Counted from the first letter of the stretch, positions 9,553-18,252 are shown. The stretch: 64,000 nt of DNA from Candidatus Staskawiczbacteria bacterium RIFOXYC1_FULL_38_18 (GCA_001822095.1 MHPP01000014.1:1662-65661); one strand, 5' to 3'. Notes: generated by a model not told the origin, from the letters alone. Numbers and translations: made by a program.

Positions 9553-9686
9553 AATTTTAGTACGTTGATTGTGGTCGGACATCGGCTTTTTCGGGCTTTA
9601 GGGTAAAAATGGACAGATATAAATTTAACCAGCGACGTTATGTTCTGGTTCTGTCCCCCGTGTCCCTTTTCCCGAGGAGGTGTGCG

Positions 9687-9944
9687 ATGAGTTCTGACCG
9701 AACGCTGGTTGGCAGTGGATTCGACCTTTTCTTGGCCGGACTGGCTTGCGGAGGGATCTCCGACGTCCAAGTCTGTGCAAGGGAAGAAACGATCCATGAT
9801 GGATGCTATCCCGGTTGCGGAGACGGCAGCTGTTGCAGCCAATTGAGGATTGCCACCTTTAGGACCTCGTCTGGAAAGATTATGGTTCTGGAGGAATACC
9901 TCGACGAGGACAACAAGGTTCAACTGAGCTTTTACCCTCTTTGA
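9687..9944 (+). CDS. Small Cys-rich protein of unknown function, encoded in a GC-rich island
   Basis: A strong SD (GAGGAGGTG) lies 4 nt before the ATG. Third-position G/C bias runs through an 85-aa ORF (MSSDRTLVGSGFDLFLAGLACGG...CYPGCGDGSCCSQ...). A promoter lies upstream and a strong terminator downstream. Confidence 0.45.
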   Translation: MSSDRTLVGSGFDLFLAGLACGGISDVQVCAREETIHDGCYPGCGDGSCCSQLRIATFRTSSGKIMVLEEYLDEDNKVQLSFYPL

Positions 9945-10108
9945 GAGCAATTTTCAGCCAGCACAAAAAGAGCAACCCACTCTATAAAATGGGCAGTAAT
10001 TCTTCGGGGAAGTGCCGAAGCGCTGGAGACGGCGGACACATCTAAGGGAGATTAGGTTCTCCTTTTGTTTCACAAAATTTATTTTGCACTGAACTAGTCG
10101 TAATATTC

Positions 10109-10141
10109 AGACCAATTCGCGCGAATTGGTCTATTAATTTT
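10109..10141 (+). terminator. Rho-independent terminator (12-bp perfect stem)
   Basis: agaccaattcgc/gcgaattggtct is followed by a U-rich tract. Confidence 0.75.
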
Positions 10142-10170
10142 AAAGTATAAAAATAAGGTTACTAACAAAA

Positions 10171-10440
10171 TTACTGACAAAAAAGTTTAATGGCACGTTT
10201 TATATCGGTCGGCGCGTTTTTGTTTAAGCCATAAAATACATGTCCTTTTTTTCCGTTACTTTCCAAAAAATTTAGGTTGTGTAAAATTATTAAATGTTTT
10301 GATGTTGATTTTACGGCGATTTCTAATTCTTCGGCTATTTTTGTCACGCTCAAATTCGTTCCGCCAGAAAGCATTTTAATTATTTTAAGACGATTAATAT
10401 TCGCCATTGCTTTAAAAATATTAACCCATCGCTTATTCAT
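10171..10440 (-). CDS. ArsR/SmtB-family HTH transcriptional regulator
   Basis: The winged HTH signature NRLKIIKML...LSVTKIAEELEIAVKSTSKHL is present in an 89-aa protein. Confidence 0.7.
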   Translation of the reverse strand: MNKRWVNIFKAMANINRLKIIKMLSGGTNLSVTKIAEELEIAVKSTSKHLIILHNLNFLESNGKKGHVFYGLNKNAPTDIKRAIKLFCQ

Positions 10441-10450
10441 GTTTTATAAT

Positions 10451-10804
10451 TTAGCCTTTTGATAATAAAATAATTGCGACAAAAGCGAAAATAATTCCAA
10501 CAATACCTGTGAGGCTTAATTTTTCGTTGAAAAGCAAAACGCCAATTAAAATTGTGGTCAGCAGGCTAAAAACCGACCACAGGGTTCCAACAATTGAGAG
10601 CTGATTTTTTTGTAATATTGCGGGAAGCCATGCAAGCACACCGGCGGAGTAGGCGATTAAGATATAAATTACGTAAATAAATTTTGGGCTTAACGCAAAC
10701 CTTTTTGAGAGAAATTCACCAACTGCAAAAAATATTGCGGAAATAATAAGCCAAATAATGTAATTTATTGATGAAAAATTCATATTATTACTTAATTTTA
10801 GCAA
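10451..10804 (-). CDS. Small multidrug-resistance / DMT-superfamily (EamA-like) 4-TM transporter
   Basis: Four hydrophobic helices are present with a conserved membrane-embedded Glu (AVGEFLSKR). It is co-directional with, and adjacent to, the ArsR gene. Confidence 0.5.
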   Translation of the reverse strand: MLKLSNNMNFSSINYIIWLIISAIFFAVGEFLSKRFALSPKFIYVIYILIAYSAGVLAWLPAILQKNQLSIVGTLWSVFSLLTTILIGVLLFNEKLSLTGIVGIIFAFVAIILLSKG

Positions 10805-10827
10805 GTCCTATAAATCCCCGCAAGGGC

Positions 10828-10856
10828 TTGACACGAACACATAATAGTGCTATAAT
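10828..10856 (+). promoter_or_regulatory. Consensus sigma70 promoter TTGACA-17-TATAAT with gcaagggc upstream block
   Basis: A perfect -35/-10 with 17-nt spacer. It shares gcaagggcttgaca with the 9524 promoter. Confidence 0.7.
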
Positions 10857-10952
10857 AAATTATAGGCTAAATTAGCCTTTGCACATCAAAAAACACCGCG
10901 ACGTAGCGGTGCAAACACTAGTTTTAACTTTTTTTTAGAAGGGTCATTACCA

Positions 10953-11858
10953 ATGGCTTCCGCTACGATTGCCCACACCGACGTCTTCGCTATTCGCGAG
11001 TTCGTGGACACGGAGATGATGCACGCGTCCGACACACGTTTGGTCGATTTTTACCTCGCCCACGCGGAGGTGATTGAGGTGCTGGCCGAGGAGGGCGATG
11101 CTGACGCTCGGGCGTTCATCAAGACGGCCGAGCGGGCGCAGGATCGGCTCAACGAAGCCGCACAGGCCGAAGGGGTTAAGGAGCGACGTCAGCGCGAGAA
11201 CCGCCAAAAGTTGGCGGTGGTGCTGGAAGAAAACGGGTACACCGAGGCGTCGGCCATCATCAGCTTGCTCGGGGAGATTGTCGCCAACAAGGTGGCAGTT
11301 CCTGGGGCAAGGCAAACGCTCGGCGAAGCTCTGACGGCTGGTGGCGGAGGAATTTGGACTCGCGCCGGCTGGGCTGTCTATTACAAGACGCTTCGACCGA
11401 TTGCCGAGGCCGTCGAGATAGAGAGCGACCAGTCCGCGCAGGCTGAGCAAGACGCTCGGAATGCCCAGGAGGCGGAACAGAAGTCCGCCACCGAAGAAAA
11501 GGCACTCTTCCTTCTCGGGTTCTTGCTCCGGGCCCTTTCGGCGGTCAGCAATGACTCGCTGGCAAATGACGGCATCCGGGGTGCAGAAATTGCCCTGGAA
11601 CGATCGAAGCCAGCCAGGGAGTGGAGCTGGTGGTTGCTCTCCGCAGTGGATCGGCTTATTGCCAGGGGCGAGCTCGTCCCCTGGGACGAGCAGAGCCAAA
11701 AGGCCGAGGGATTCATTGCTCGACTTCAGAGTGAAGTTGAGAAGGGGATTAATCTGCACCGCGCCGCCAATAATCAGCGCAAGCTGGAAAAGCAAGCTCG
11801 GCAGGCTGCTAATCGTGCCTCGCGCAATGGCTCCTGCAAGAGCGGAAAGAAAAAATAG
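10953..11858 (+). CDS. Hypothetical Ala/Glu-rich helical protein encoded by a GC-rich (foreign-looking) gene
   Basis: The 301-aa ORF has clear high-GC codon usage (GAG/GCC/CTG/CGG, GC3 dominated) inside an AT-rich genome. A promoter lies upstream and a terminator downstream. There is no recognisable domain. Confidence 0.5.
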   Translation: MASATIAHTDVFAIREFVDTEMMHASDTRLVDFYLAHAEVIEVLAEEGDADARAFIKTAERAQDRLNEAAQAEGVKERRQRENRQKLAVVLEENGYTEASAIISLLGEIVANKVAVPGARQTLGEALTAGGGGIWTRAGWAVYYKTLRPIAEAVEIESDQSAQAEQDARNAQEAEQKSATEEKALFLLGFLLRALSAVSNDSLANDGIRGAEIALERSKPAREWSWWLLSAVDRLIARGELVPWDEQSQKAEGFIARLQSEVEKGINLHRAANNQRKLEKQARQAANRASRNGSCKSGKKK

Positions 11859-11881
11859 CGGAGACCCGTTCTCCGCCAGTC

Positions 11882-11925
11882 CCTCCTTCGCGAATTAACT
11901 TTCGCGGGGGAGGGAATTTTTTTAT
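11882..11925 (+). terminator. Rho-independent terminator, likely bidirectional (shared with convergent cysS)
   Basis: The GC-rich hairpin ccctccttcgcg...cgcgggggaggg is followed by TTTTTTT. Confidence 0.6.
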
Positions 11926-13316
11926 ATTTTCTTAATAGTAGCGCCGAATTTTGTGTCCTCAATCATATAGCCCTGTTTTTCAAGTTCCTTGCGAATTTCG
12001 TCGGATTTTTGCCAGTTTTGATTTCTTCTAGCTGTTTCTCTTTCCTTCAAAAGTTTTTTAATTTTAGCGGGGACTGTCAGACTTATTTTTTTAAAATCAA
12101 TAATCCCAAAAATTTTATTTATTTCCTCAAAAAACTTATAGATTTTGGTTGATTCTTTTTTGGAGATTTTTTCCTCATCTAAGAGCTGGTTTGCTTTTTT
12201 AATAAATTCAAACATAACCGCAAAGGCTTTTGGGGTGTTAAAATCATCGTCAAGCTCTTTATAGAAATTTACTTTAAAATTCTTAATCAGGTTTTTTATT
12301 TTTTTTGCTCCCCTTATTGTTTTTACTAATTTAATTCTTCGCAGAAACTCTTCAATTTTGGAGACAGCAGACTTAACTTCAATCATTGCGGATTCGGAAT
12401 AATCCATTGGCGAAGACCATAAATTTTTAGAAACATAAAATCTCAAATAATTTGCAGGGCATCTTTTTAAGAAATCACTTATGGTAATAAAATTTCCTGA
12501 AGACTTGGACATTTTTTGTCCGCCCACAGTTAAAAACCCCACATGCATCCAATATTTTACCAGCGGGCTCTTGCCTGAAATAGCCTCCATTTGGCTTATC
12601 TCCGCTTCGTGGTGGGGGAATATTAAGTCTCTGGCGCCTCCATGGACATCATATTGCGGGCCAAAAAACCTCTCTGTTATAGCGGTGTCCTCAATGTGCC
12701 AGCCTGGGCGCCCTTGACCAAGGGAAGAAGCCCAGCTTGGTTCTAATCCTTCCTGCTTAAACTTCCACAAACAAAAATCGCCCCGGTTTCTTTTATTTTT
12801 GCTGTAATCAATTCGCGAAACGGCGTCTTCAGCGGCCAAAGCCGTACGTCCGGAAAGTTTACCATATTTTTTAAATTTTGAAATATCAAAGTAAATTCCG
12901 TCCTCGGCAATTTCATAGGCAAAACCTTTTTCTTGAAGCCTTTTTATTTGACTTATTATTTCCTTAATATAGCTTGTAGCCTTGGCATATTTTGAAACGC
13001 TTGTAATTCCAAGATTTTTCATATCTTTTAAATATTCATTTTCAAAAGCCACTGCCAGATCCTTTGGACTAACGCCCCTTTCTCGCGAACGCGCAATTAT
13101 CTTGTCATCCAAATCTGTTACGTTTTGCAGATAAAAAACCTTAAAGCCAATATGTTTTAAATATTTTACAAAAATATCAAAAACAATATAATTTCTGGCG
13201 TGCCCCAAATGAGAATAGTCGTAAACCGTCGGGCCGCAGACGAACAGATTTATTTTTTTACCGCCAACAGGCTTTATTAGGTCTTTTTTTCCGGTTAAAG
13301 TATTAAATATTTTCAT
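11922..13316 (-). CDS. cysS: Cysteinyl-tRNA synthetase
   Basis: HIGH motif (HLGHARNY) and KMSKS motif, with CysRS-specific blocks. Confidence 0.9.
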   Translation of the reverse strand: MKIFNTLTGKKDLIKPVGGKKINLFVCGPTVYDYSHLGHARNYIVFDIFVKYLKHIGFKVFYLQNVTDLDDKIIARSRERGVSPKDLAVAFENEYLKDMKNLGITSVSKYAKATSYIKEIISQIKRLQEKGFAYEIAEDGIYFDISKFKKYGKLSGRTALAAEDAVSRIDYSKNKRNRGDFCLWKFKQEGLEPSWASSLGQGRPGWHIEDTAITERFFGPQYDVHGGARDLIFPHHEAEISQMEAISGKSPLVKYWMHVGFLTVGGQKMSKSSGNFITISDFLKRCPANYLRFYVSKNLWSSPMDYSESAMIEVKSAVSKIEEFLRRIKLVKTIRGAKKIKNLIKNFKVNFYKELDDDFNTPKAFAVMFEFIKKANQLLDEEKISKKESTKIYKFFEEINKIFGIIDFKKISLTVPAKIKKLLKERETARRNQNWQKSDEIRKELEKQGYMIEDTKFGATIKKI

Positions 13317-13972
13317 TGAAGTTTGTTGAGTTGTTTGTTTATAAGTTTGTTTTTAATATACCCCTTACTTTTTAGGTCCATTACTCGCGTGAGAATGCTT
13401 AAAAATGTGAAAATAAGGCTGAACCATAAGGTATCAATAAAAATCTCAGACGGAGCCTTGGGAAAAGCCAGTAAAATAGCAATAAAAACAATTGATTGCA
13501 AAACCATTTTTGTTTTGCCAAAAATATTTGACTCCAAATAAATTTCTTTTGACTTATAAAATATTGAGGCAAAGGCGTTTATTATTTCCACTAAAATAAT
13601 AGCCAAAAGGAGCCACTTGTGTTGTGAAAATAAGCTATAAACCGCAATTGGCAGGATCAGAAGCCTGTCGGCGGTTGAGTCAAGCATGGCCCCAAATTCT
13701 GTAACACGGTCGGTGCCTCTTGCCACCGGGCCGTCAAGAAGGTCTGTAAACACGCCGATGCAGAAAAGCGCGAGTATTAATGTTTTATTTTCCACGTTAA
13801 AGAAAAATAAAAGAGCAAATAAAAGCACCGCCAAAAAAACCCGCGTCCATGTTAAATGGTTTGGTGTAATTTTTCTTGGCCAGCGTGGCTTTATGAACAA
13901 AAATAAGAATTTATCCCGATAGCTGTCTACCTTTTCCAAAAAATTTTGAAGATTGCCTAAAAATTTTTTCAT
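13313..13972 (-). CDS. CDP-alcohol phosphatidyltransferase family protein
   Basis: The signature D-G-x2-A-R-x8-G-x3-D-x3-D (DLLDGPVARGTDRVTEFGAMLDSTADR) is present, with multiple TM helices. The stop overlaps cysS by 4 nt. Confidence 0.75.
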   Translation of the reverse strand: MKKFLGNLQNFLEKVDSYRDKFLFLFIKPRWPRKITPNHLTWTRVFLAVLLFALLFFFNVENKTLILALFCIGVFTDLLDGPVARGTDRVTEFGAMLDSTADRLLILPIAVYSLFSQHKWLLLAIILVEIINAFASIFYKSKEIYLESNIFGKTKMVLQSIVFIAILLAFPKAPSEIFIDTLWFSLIFTFLSILTRVMDLKSKGYIKNKLINKQLNKLQ

Positions 13973-14017
13973 AAGCGAATTATGCTATTTTAGCAAACTT
14001 CCCAAAGAAGTTCAATT

Positions 14018-14590
14018 ATGATAAGCTTATTTAAGGATATGAAACTTTTTAATGTAATTTTTGCGCTTGTTACTGGCGTATTTGTTGCCTGGCTGGCAAG
14101 TGATTTTGTTAGCGCGAAATACAACGTTTTTTTGTTTATATTTTTTCCGGTTTTTTCCGTGTTTTGTCTTTGGCTGGCTGAAATAGTGGGCAGAAAGATT
14201 TTTATTGTGCGACAAATGGCGCGTTTTGTGCTTGTTGGCGGATTTGCGGATATAATAGACATTAAGGTTTATTTATTATTATTTTGGTTAATCCCTGCGA
14301 GTTTATTAATTAAGTCAATTTCCTTTTTAATTGCTGTGGCAATAAAATATTTTGGAAATAAATATTGGGTGTTTAATAATGATGCGGGGCATAGTATAAA
14401 AGAAATGAGTAAATTTTTGGCTGTTACGGCAATTGGATTAATAATAAACGTGGCGAGTTTTTATTTTATTACGCAAATTAAAACTGGTTTGCCGATGAAA
14501 ATTTGGACAGAGATTTCCATAATAATCGCAGCGCTGGTTGCGTCAGTCTGGAATTTTCTTTGTTATAAATTATTGGTTTTTAAGAAATAA
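14018..14590 (+). CDS. GtrA-family membrane protein (start possibly at internal Met 14216)
   Basis: The C-terminal about 125 aa match the GtrA-like 4-TM pattern (FVLVGGFADIIDIKVYLLL...YWVFNN). A TTTTATTGTGCGACAAATG motif lies directly at the internal ATG. Confidence 0.55.
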   Translation: MISLFKDMKLFNVIFALVTGVFVAWLASDFVSAKYNVFLFIFFPVFSVFCLWLAEIVGRKIFIVRQMARFVLVGGFADIIDIKVYLLLFWLIPASLLIKSISFLIAVAIKYFGNKYWVFNNDAGHSIKEMSKFLAVTAIGLIINVASFYFITQIKTGLPMKIWTEISIIIAALVASVWNFLCYKLLVFKK

Positions 14591-14713
14591 ATTATGGAGC
14601 AGGAGATAAAACAGTGCCAAAATTGCAAGAAAGAGTTCGTCATCGAGCCCGACCGCCCGGAAATAGTTTACTGCGAAGCTGTTACAACGCAGAAGTAGCA
14701 TAAATAGAAACGA

Positions 14714-15025
14714 TTGCGATACTATTATTCCAAAAAAAATTGGAATGACACTAAGAAAATGGAGGACAAAGATTTAATAAAAATTTTAAAAGCTGTGGCA
14801 AATGAAAATCGTTTTATAATTTTAAAATGTTTGTGTAAAAGCAAAGAGTTATCGGTGGGGGATTTAGCCGAGATGACCAAATCGCCGTTTAGAAGCGTTT
14901 CGAGCGATATATCTGTTTTGAGAAAGGCTAATTTAGTCCAAACCAGAAATCACTGCTCTAATCGTCTTTATTCAATTAATAACTCAAGTTTCCTAAAAGG
15001 GTTATTCCAATATTTTCTGGAATAG
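14714..15025 (+). CDS. ArsR/SmtB-family HTH regulator (start probably Met at 14759)
   Basis: The winged HTH signature NRFIILKCL...LSVGDLAEMTKSPFRSVSSDISVLRKANLV is present. Confidence 0.6.
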   Translation: MRYYYSKKNWNDTKKMEDKDLIKILKAVANENRFIILKCLCKSKELSVGDLAEMTKSPFRSVSSDISVLRKANLVQTRNHCSNRLYSINNSSFLKGLFQYFLE

Positions 15026-15083
15026 CAGATAGAAAATGACAATGTAATAAAATAATAGGTGATAATAAAAAATAAAAATAATT

Positions 15084-16178
15084 ATGGCGGTTTTATATAG
15101 AAAATATCGGCCACAGAGTTTTGCGGAAGTTATAGGGCAGGAGCACGTGGCCCAAACCTTGACTAATTCAATAACGGGGAAAAATATTTCTCACGCCTAT
15201 TTGTTTTGCGGACCAAGGGGAAGTGGCAAAACAACAATTGCCAGATTGTTTGCTAAGGCAATAAATTGCGAAAAACCGGATGGAGCCGAGCCTTGCAACA
15301 AGTGTTCTTCGTGCATGGAAATTATGCAGGGACGAAGTATGGATTTGATAGAAATTGACGCGGCTTCCCACACCGGCGTGGACGACGTGAGGCAATTAAT
15401 CGAAGGAATAAAATTTGCCCCGGTAAAGTCAAAATATAAAATATTTATTATTGACGAATGTCACCAGCTCTCAAAATCTGCCGCAAACGCTTTACTAAAA
15501 ACCCTGGAAGAGCCCCCCACTCACGCGATATTTTTGCTGGCAACAACCGAGGCCCACAAAATGATTGCAACCATAATTTCAAGATGCCAAAGGTTTGATT
15601 TTAAAAAACTTCAAATATCTGAAATTATAAAAAAACTGGAATTTATTGCAAAAAAAGAAAACGTAAAATTTGATGATTCGGCATTGTCTTTAATAGCCCT
15701 AAACGCGAGAGGCTCCTTTCGCGATGCCGAATCCTTGATGGACCAGTGCATAAATTTTTCTGGAAGCGGAGCAACCGTTAAAACGGATGACATAAAGGAG
15801 CTTTTGGGAATTGTTGAAGTGGGCCAGATTTCAAAATTTGTTGATTTGCTTATTTCAAAATACGCCAAAAACTCTATTTTATTTTTAAACGAAATGGCAG
15901 AGGGTGGCGTTGATTTGCCTGAATTTGCCAAAACACTGGTTTTTTATTTGCGAGAGTGCCTGCTTTTGAAAATAAACCCCGAATTTTTGAATGCGAAAGG
16001 ATCCGGCTTGTCGGGCGAAGAAATAGAGAAAATAAAATCTCAAACCGCAGGCCTTACTGACAAACAAATTCAAAATATGCTGGAATTATTTATTGACGCG
16101 GAAAACAAAATGAAATACTCGTCCATAATCCAACTTCCCCTTGAATTGGCGGTTATAGATGCTACAAATGCCGAATAA
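15084..16178 (+). CDS. dnaX: DNA polymerase III subunit gamma/tau
   Basis: Walker A (GPRGSGKTT), a Zn module (CNKCSSC) and the clamp-loader SRC motif (SRCQ) are present. Confidence 0.85.
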   Translation: MAVLYRKYRPQSFAEVIGQEHVAQTLTNSITGKNISHAYLFCGPRGSGKTTIARLFAKAINCEKPDGAEPCNKCSSCMEIMQGRSMDLIEIDAASHTGVDDVRQLIEGIKFAPVKSKYKIFIIDECHQLSKSAANALLKTLEEPPTHAIFLLATTEAHKMIATIISRCQRFDFKKLQISEIIKKLEFIAKKENVKFDDSALSLIALNARGSFRDAESLMDQCINFSGSGATVKTDDIKELLGIVEVGQISKFVDLLISKYAKNSILFLNEMAEGGVDLPEFAKTLVFYLRECLLLKINPEFLNAKGSGLSGEEIEKIKSQTAGLTDKQIQNMLELFIDAENKMKYSSIIQLPLELAVIDATNAE

Positions 16179-17133
16179 AAAAATTATTGTTGTGATGGCA
16201 ATGGCCGGTTTTTTATTGTTTTGCGCGCCCCATGCGGAAAGTTTGCGCGGAACACTGGACAAAAAATTAGAAAAAAATTATGTGCGGATTATGTTTGCGG
16301 GGGATTTGATGTTTGATAGAGGAATTAGATATTATGCGGAAAAAAACGGAGGAAACGACTATATTTTCGAAAAAGTTTCAGACCTGCTAAAACAAAACGA
16401 TTTAAATGTTGTAAACCTAGAGGGACCCATAACAAACAATAAATCCGTAAGCTCGGGAACTGCTCCCGGGAGTGAAAATAATTATAAATTTACTTTTGAC
16501 AAAGGTATTGCCAAAACCTTGTTTGACCAAAATATAAAAATTGTAAATTTGGGAAATAATCACATTGAAAATTTTGGTTATGCCGGGCTTAACCAAACTA
16601 AAAAATATTTGGACGAGGCAGGGGTAGATTATTTCGGCGCCCCTGATTATCCGCGTAGCATTTCAACGGAAATTAACGGAATAAAAATAACTTTTGTAAA
16701 CTATAATGAATTTTCTGCGTTGCAAGAAAACGAAGCGCCAGAAACAATAAATGAAATTCAAAAAACCAAAGGGTTTTCCGACCTAATAATTATTTATTGC
16801 CACTGGGGAGTTGAATACGCGCCTGAGCCAACAGAGGAACAAAAACAGCTGGCTCGGGAATTTATAGACAGCGGAGCAGATTTGGTTATTGGCTCGCATC
16901 CTCACGTAATTCAAACAACAGAAACATATAAAAACAAGAGAATTTATTATTCTCTTGGAAACTTTATTTTTGACCAGTATTTTGACGAAGGTGTGCGCAA
17001 GGGATTGGGAGTTGTGGTAAAAATAGACAAAACAACAAGAGGGATGGGTTTTGCGGAAAAAAACTTTTATTTGCAAACCGGCGGGCAGACCATAGTTTTA
17101 TCTCCTGCGCTTTTTCCTGAAGAGCAAAAATAA
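16159..17133 (+). CDS. CapA/PGA_cap family metallophosphatase-like capsule biosynthesis protein
   Basis: A signal peptide is present. Motifs GDLMFDRG, GNNHIENFG and HWGVEY...GSHPHV are typical of CapA. The start overlaps the dnaX 3' end by 20 nt. Confidence 0.65.
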   Translation: MLQMPNKKIIVVMAMAGFLLFCAPHAESLRGTLDKKLEKNYVRIMFAGDLMFDRGIRYYAEKNGGNDYIFEKVSDLLKQNDLNVVNLEGPITNNKSVSSGTAPGSENNYKFTFDKGIAKTLFDQNIKIVNLGNNHIENFGYAGLNQTKKYLDEAGVDYFGAPDYPRSISTEINGIKITFVNYNEFSALQENEAPETINEIQKTKGFSDLIIIYCHWGVEYAPEPTEEQKQLAREFIDSGADLVIGSHPHVIQTTETYKNKRIYYSLGNFIFDQYFDEGVRKGLGVVVKIDKTTRGMGFAEKNFYLQTGGQTIVLSPALFPEEQK

Positions 17134-18027
17134 AACCAATAACGCGCCAGGTATGCCAAATATATAATAAATTGAAGCCTCGCTGTTTAGAAGCCTCGCT
17201 AAGGCGTCCATAAGAGAGGCGGTTGTTTTTGATGGGTCTATGGGAAACTCATCCTTTAAATCATCTGTGCCATCTTTGTCTGTGTCTGCATCTGCCGGGC
17301 TTGTTCCGGAAATAATTTCCTCTTGGTCTTTTATTCCATCATTGTCGGTGTCTGCTGATAATGGATTTGTTCCATAGTCAAACTCTTCCTCAAAATCAAA
17401 TATTCCGTCGTTATCATCGTCTAAATCTTTAACATCCCCAAGCCCATCTTTGTCGGTGTCTTGCCATTCGGTTTTATCTTTTGGAAAAGCGTCGGCACCG
17501 TCTTTTGCATGGTCGCCGTCTGTATCGGCAAGCAGGGGATTTGTGCCGGAGCTTATTTCCTGGTCGTCACTCAAGCCATCGTTGTCGTCATCCGCATCCT
17601 TCTGGTTTCCGGACCCGTCCTTGTCGGTGTCTGAATCAACAAAATACTCCTTTTTCAGCGCGGTGTTGTTTTCCAGATTTTCGTCGCTCGGGTTTTCGGA
17701 AATAATTTTTGCTGTTATGCTGTGCGAACCCGCGCTAATCTTGTAATCAATAAAAACGTCGTCATAGTTATTTGTTCGCACAGAAATTGGTTGCGGATCT
17801 GATATTTCCTTACCGTTGCTTAAAAAAACAACATGCCCGTAAACATCTGTGTCGCCGGTATTTAAAACCCGCGCGAACATTCTTATTATTTCGCCCTCCA
17901 TGGCGTTTTCCTTTGAAAACGTAATGTCATTTTCGGTTATTGACAAATCTGTTTTTGCAAGAGAAACGTCCGCGGAAAACAAAATAACTAACGAGAAAAC
18001 AACAATAAAAAGGAGAAGTCTTTTCAT
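17098..18027 (-). CDS. Secreted Asp-rich calcium-binding protein with thrombospondin type-3-like repeats and C-terminal TM anchor
   Basis: A signal peptide is present. Repeated DTDKDGxxD / DDDNDGxxD motifs are present. The C-terminal hydrophobic helix ends in KKRRR. Confidence 0.55.
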   Translation of the reverse strand: MKRLLLFIVVFSLVILFSADVSLAKTDLSITENDITFSKENAMEGEIIRMFARVLNTGDTDVYGHVVFLSNGKEISDPQPISVRTNNYDDVFIDYKISAGSHSITAKIISENPSDENLENNTALKKEYFVDSDTDKDGSGNQKDADDDNDGLSDDQEISSGTNPLLADTDGDHAKDGADAFPKDKTEWQDTDKDGLGDVKDLDDDNDGIFDFEEEFDYGTNPLSADTDNDGIKDQEEIISGTSPADADTDKDGTDDLKDEFPIDPSKTTASLMDALARLLNSEASIYYIFGIPGALLVLFLLFRKKRRR

Positions 18028-18044
18028 TATTATATTTTACCAAT

Positions 18045-18078
18045 AAAAAACAGGGGATTCAACCCCTGATTTTTTTCG
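18045..18078. terminator. Bidirectional rho-independent terminator
   Basis: The caggggattcaacccctg hairpin is flanked by an A-tract on the left and a T-tract on the right. It terminates the minus-strand tRNA-Gln transcript. Confidence 0.65.
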
Positions 18079-18181
18079 CGTTTGGATTGTATCTGGCTTT
18101 GGCTTTCTTTTTTACTTTTCTTAACTGTCTTTTTCTATTTGCCCATGTCATATGTCTTTTGTTTATTTAATAATAGCTTAG

Positions 18182-18252
18182 CTGCGGGACTTGGATTCGA
18201 ACCAAGATACTAGCCTCCAAAGGGCCATGTCCTACCATTAGACGATCCCGCA
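18182..18252 (-). tRNA. tRNA-Gln (anticodon UUG)
   Basis: Folded manually. The acceptor stem has U1:A72 and G73 (the Gln identity set). D stem is GUCU/AGGAC. Anticodon stem is UGGCC/GGCUA with loop CUUUGGA. The T arm is CUUGG-UUCGAAU-CCAAG. No CCA is encoded. Confidence 0.8.

Noticed and set aside
9489-9950. 153-aa minus-strand ORF and the 9609 plus-strand extension of the small Cys-rich ORF
   Set aside because: The minus ORF is a GC-induced artefact. The upstream in-frame Met 9609 lacks an SD, whereas Met 9687 has a strong one.
9560-10060. GC-rich ~500-nt island initially suspected to be a structured RNA (tmRNA or RNase P RNA). It contains UGGAUUCGAC, a 10/10 match to the conserved tmRNA 5' motif, plus an AAVAAN* tag-like frame.
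   Set aside because: No tRNA-like 3' end (T-arm/acceptor) and no RNase P CR-I/CR-V motifs could be found. The region shows clear 3-nt codon periodicity with a near-perfect SD (GAGGAGGTG) 4 nt before an ATG, and GGATTCGAC is read as G-F-D codons. A protein-coding small gene with long UTRs explains it better; a cmscan would settle it.
10947-11898. Long ORFs on the opposite strand and alternative frames (10947-11795 minus, 11461-11898 plus, 11074-11334, 11260-11505, 11381-11716) overlapping the GC-rich 301-aa gene
   Set aside because: High GC suppresses stop codons in all frames. Only the 10953-11858 frame shows GC3-dominated codon usage, a promoter and a plausible start.
13990-14262. Minus-strand ORFs 13990-14262 and 14027-14215 overlapping the GtrA-like gene start
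   Set aside because: They are basic, low-complexity translations antisense to a membrane-protein gene and have no start context.
14594-14698. 34-codon ORF MEQEIKQCQNCKKEFVIEPDRPEIVYCEAVTTQK right after the GtrA-like gene; it would be a zinc-ribbon-like mini-protein.
   Set aside because: It is too short, has no SD, and carries a single CxxC plus one Cys only. It was kept out of the feature list. It could be a real small protein but cannot be supported from sequence alone.
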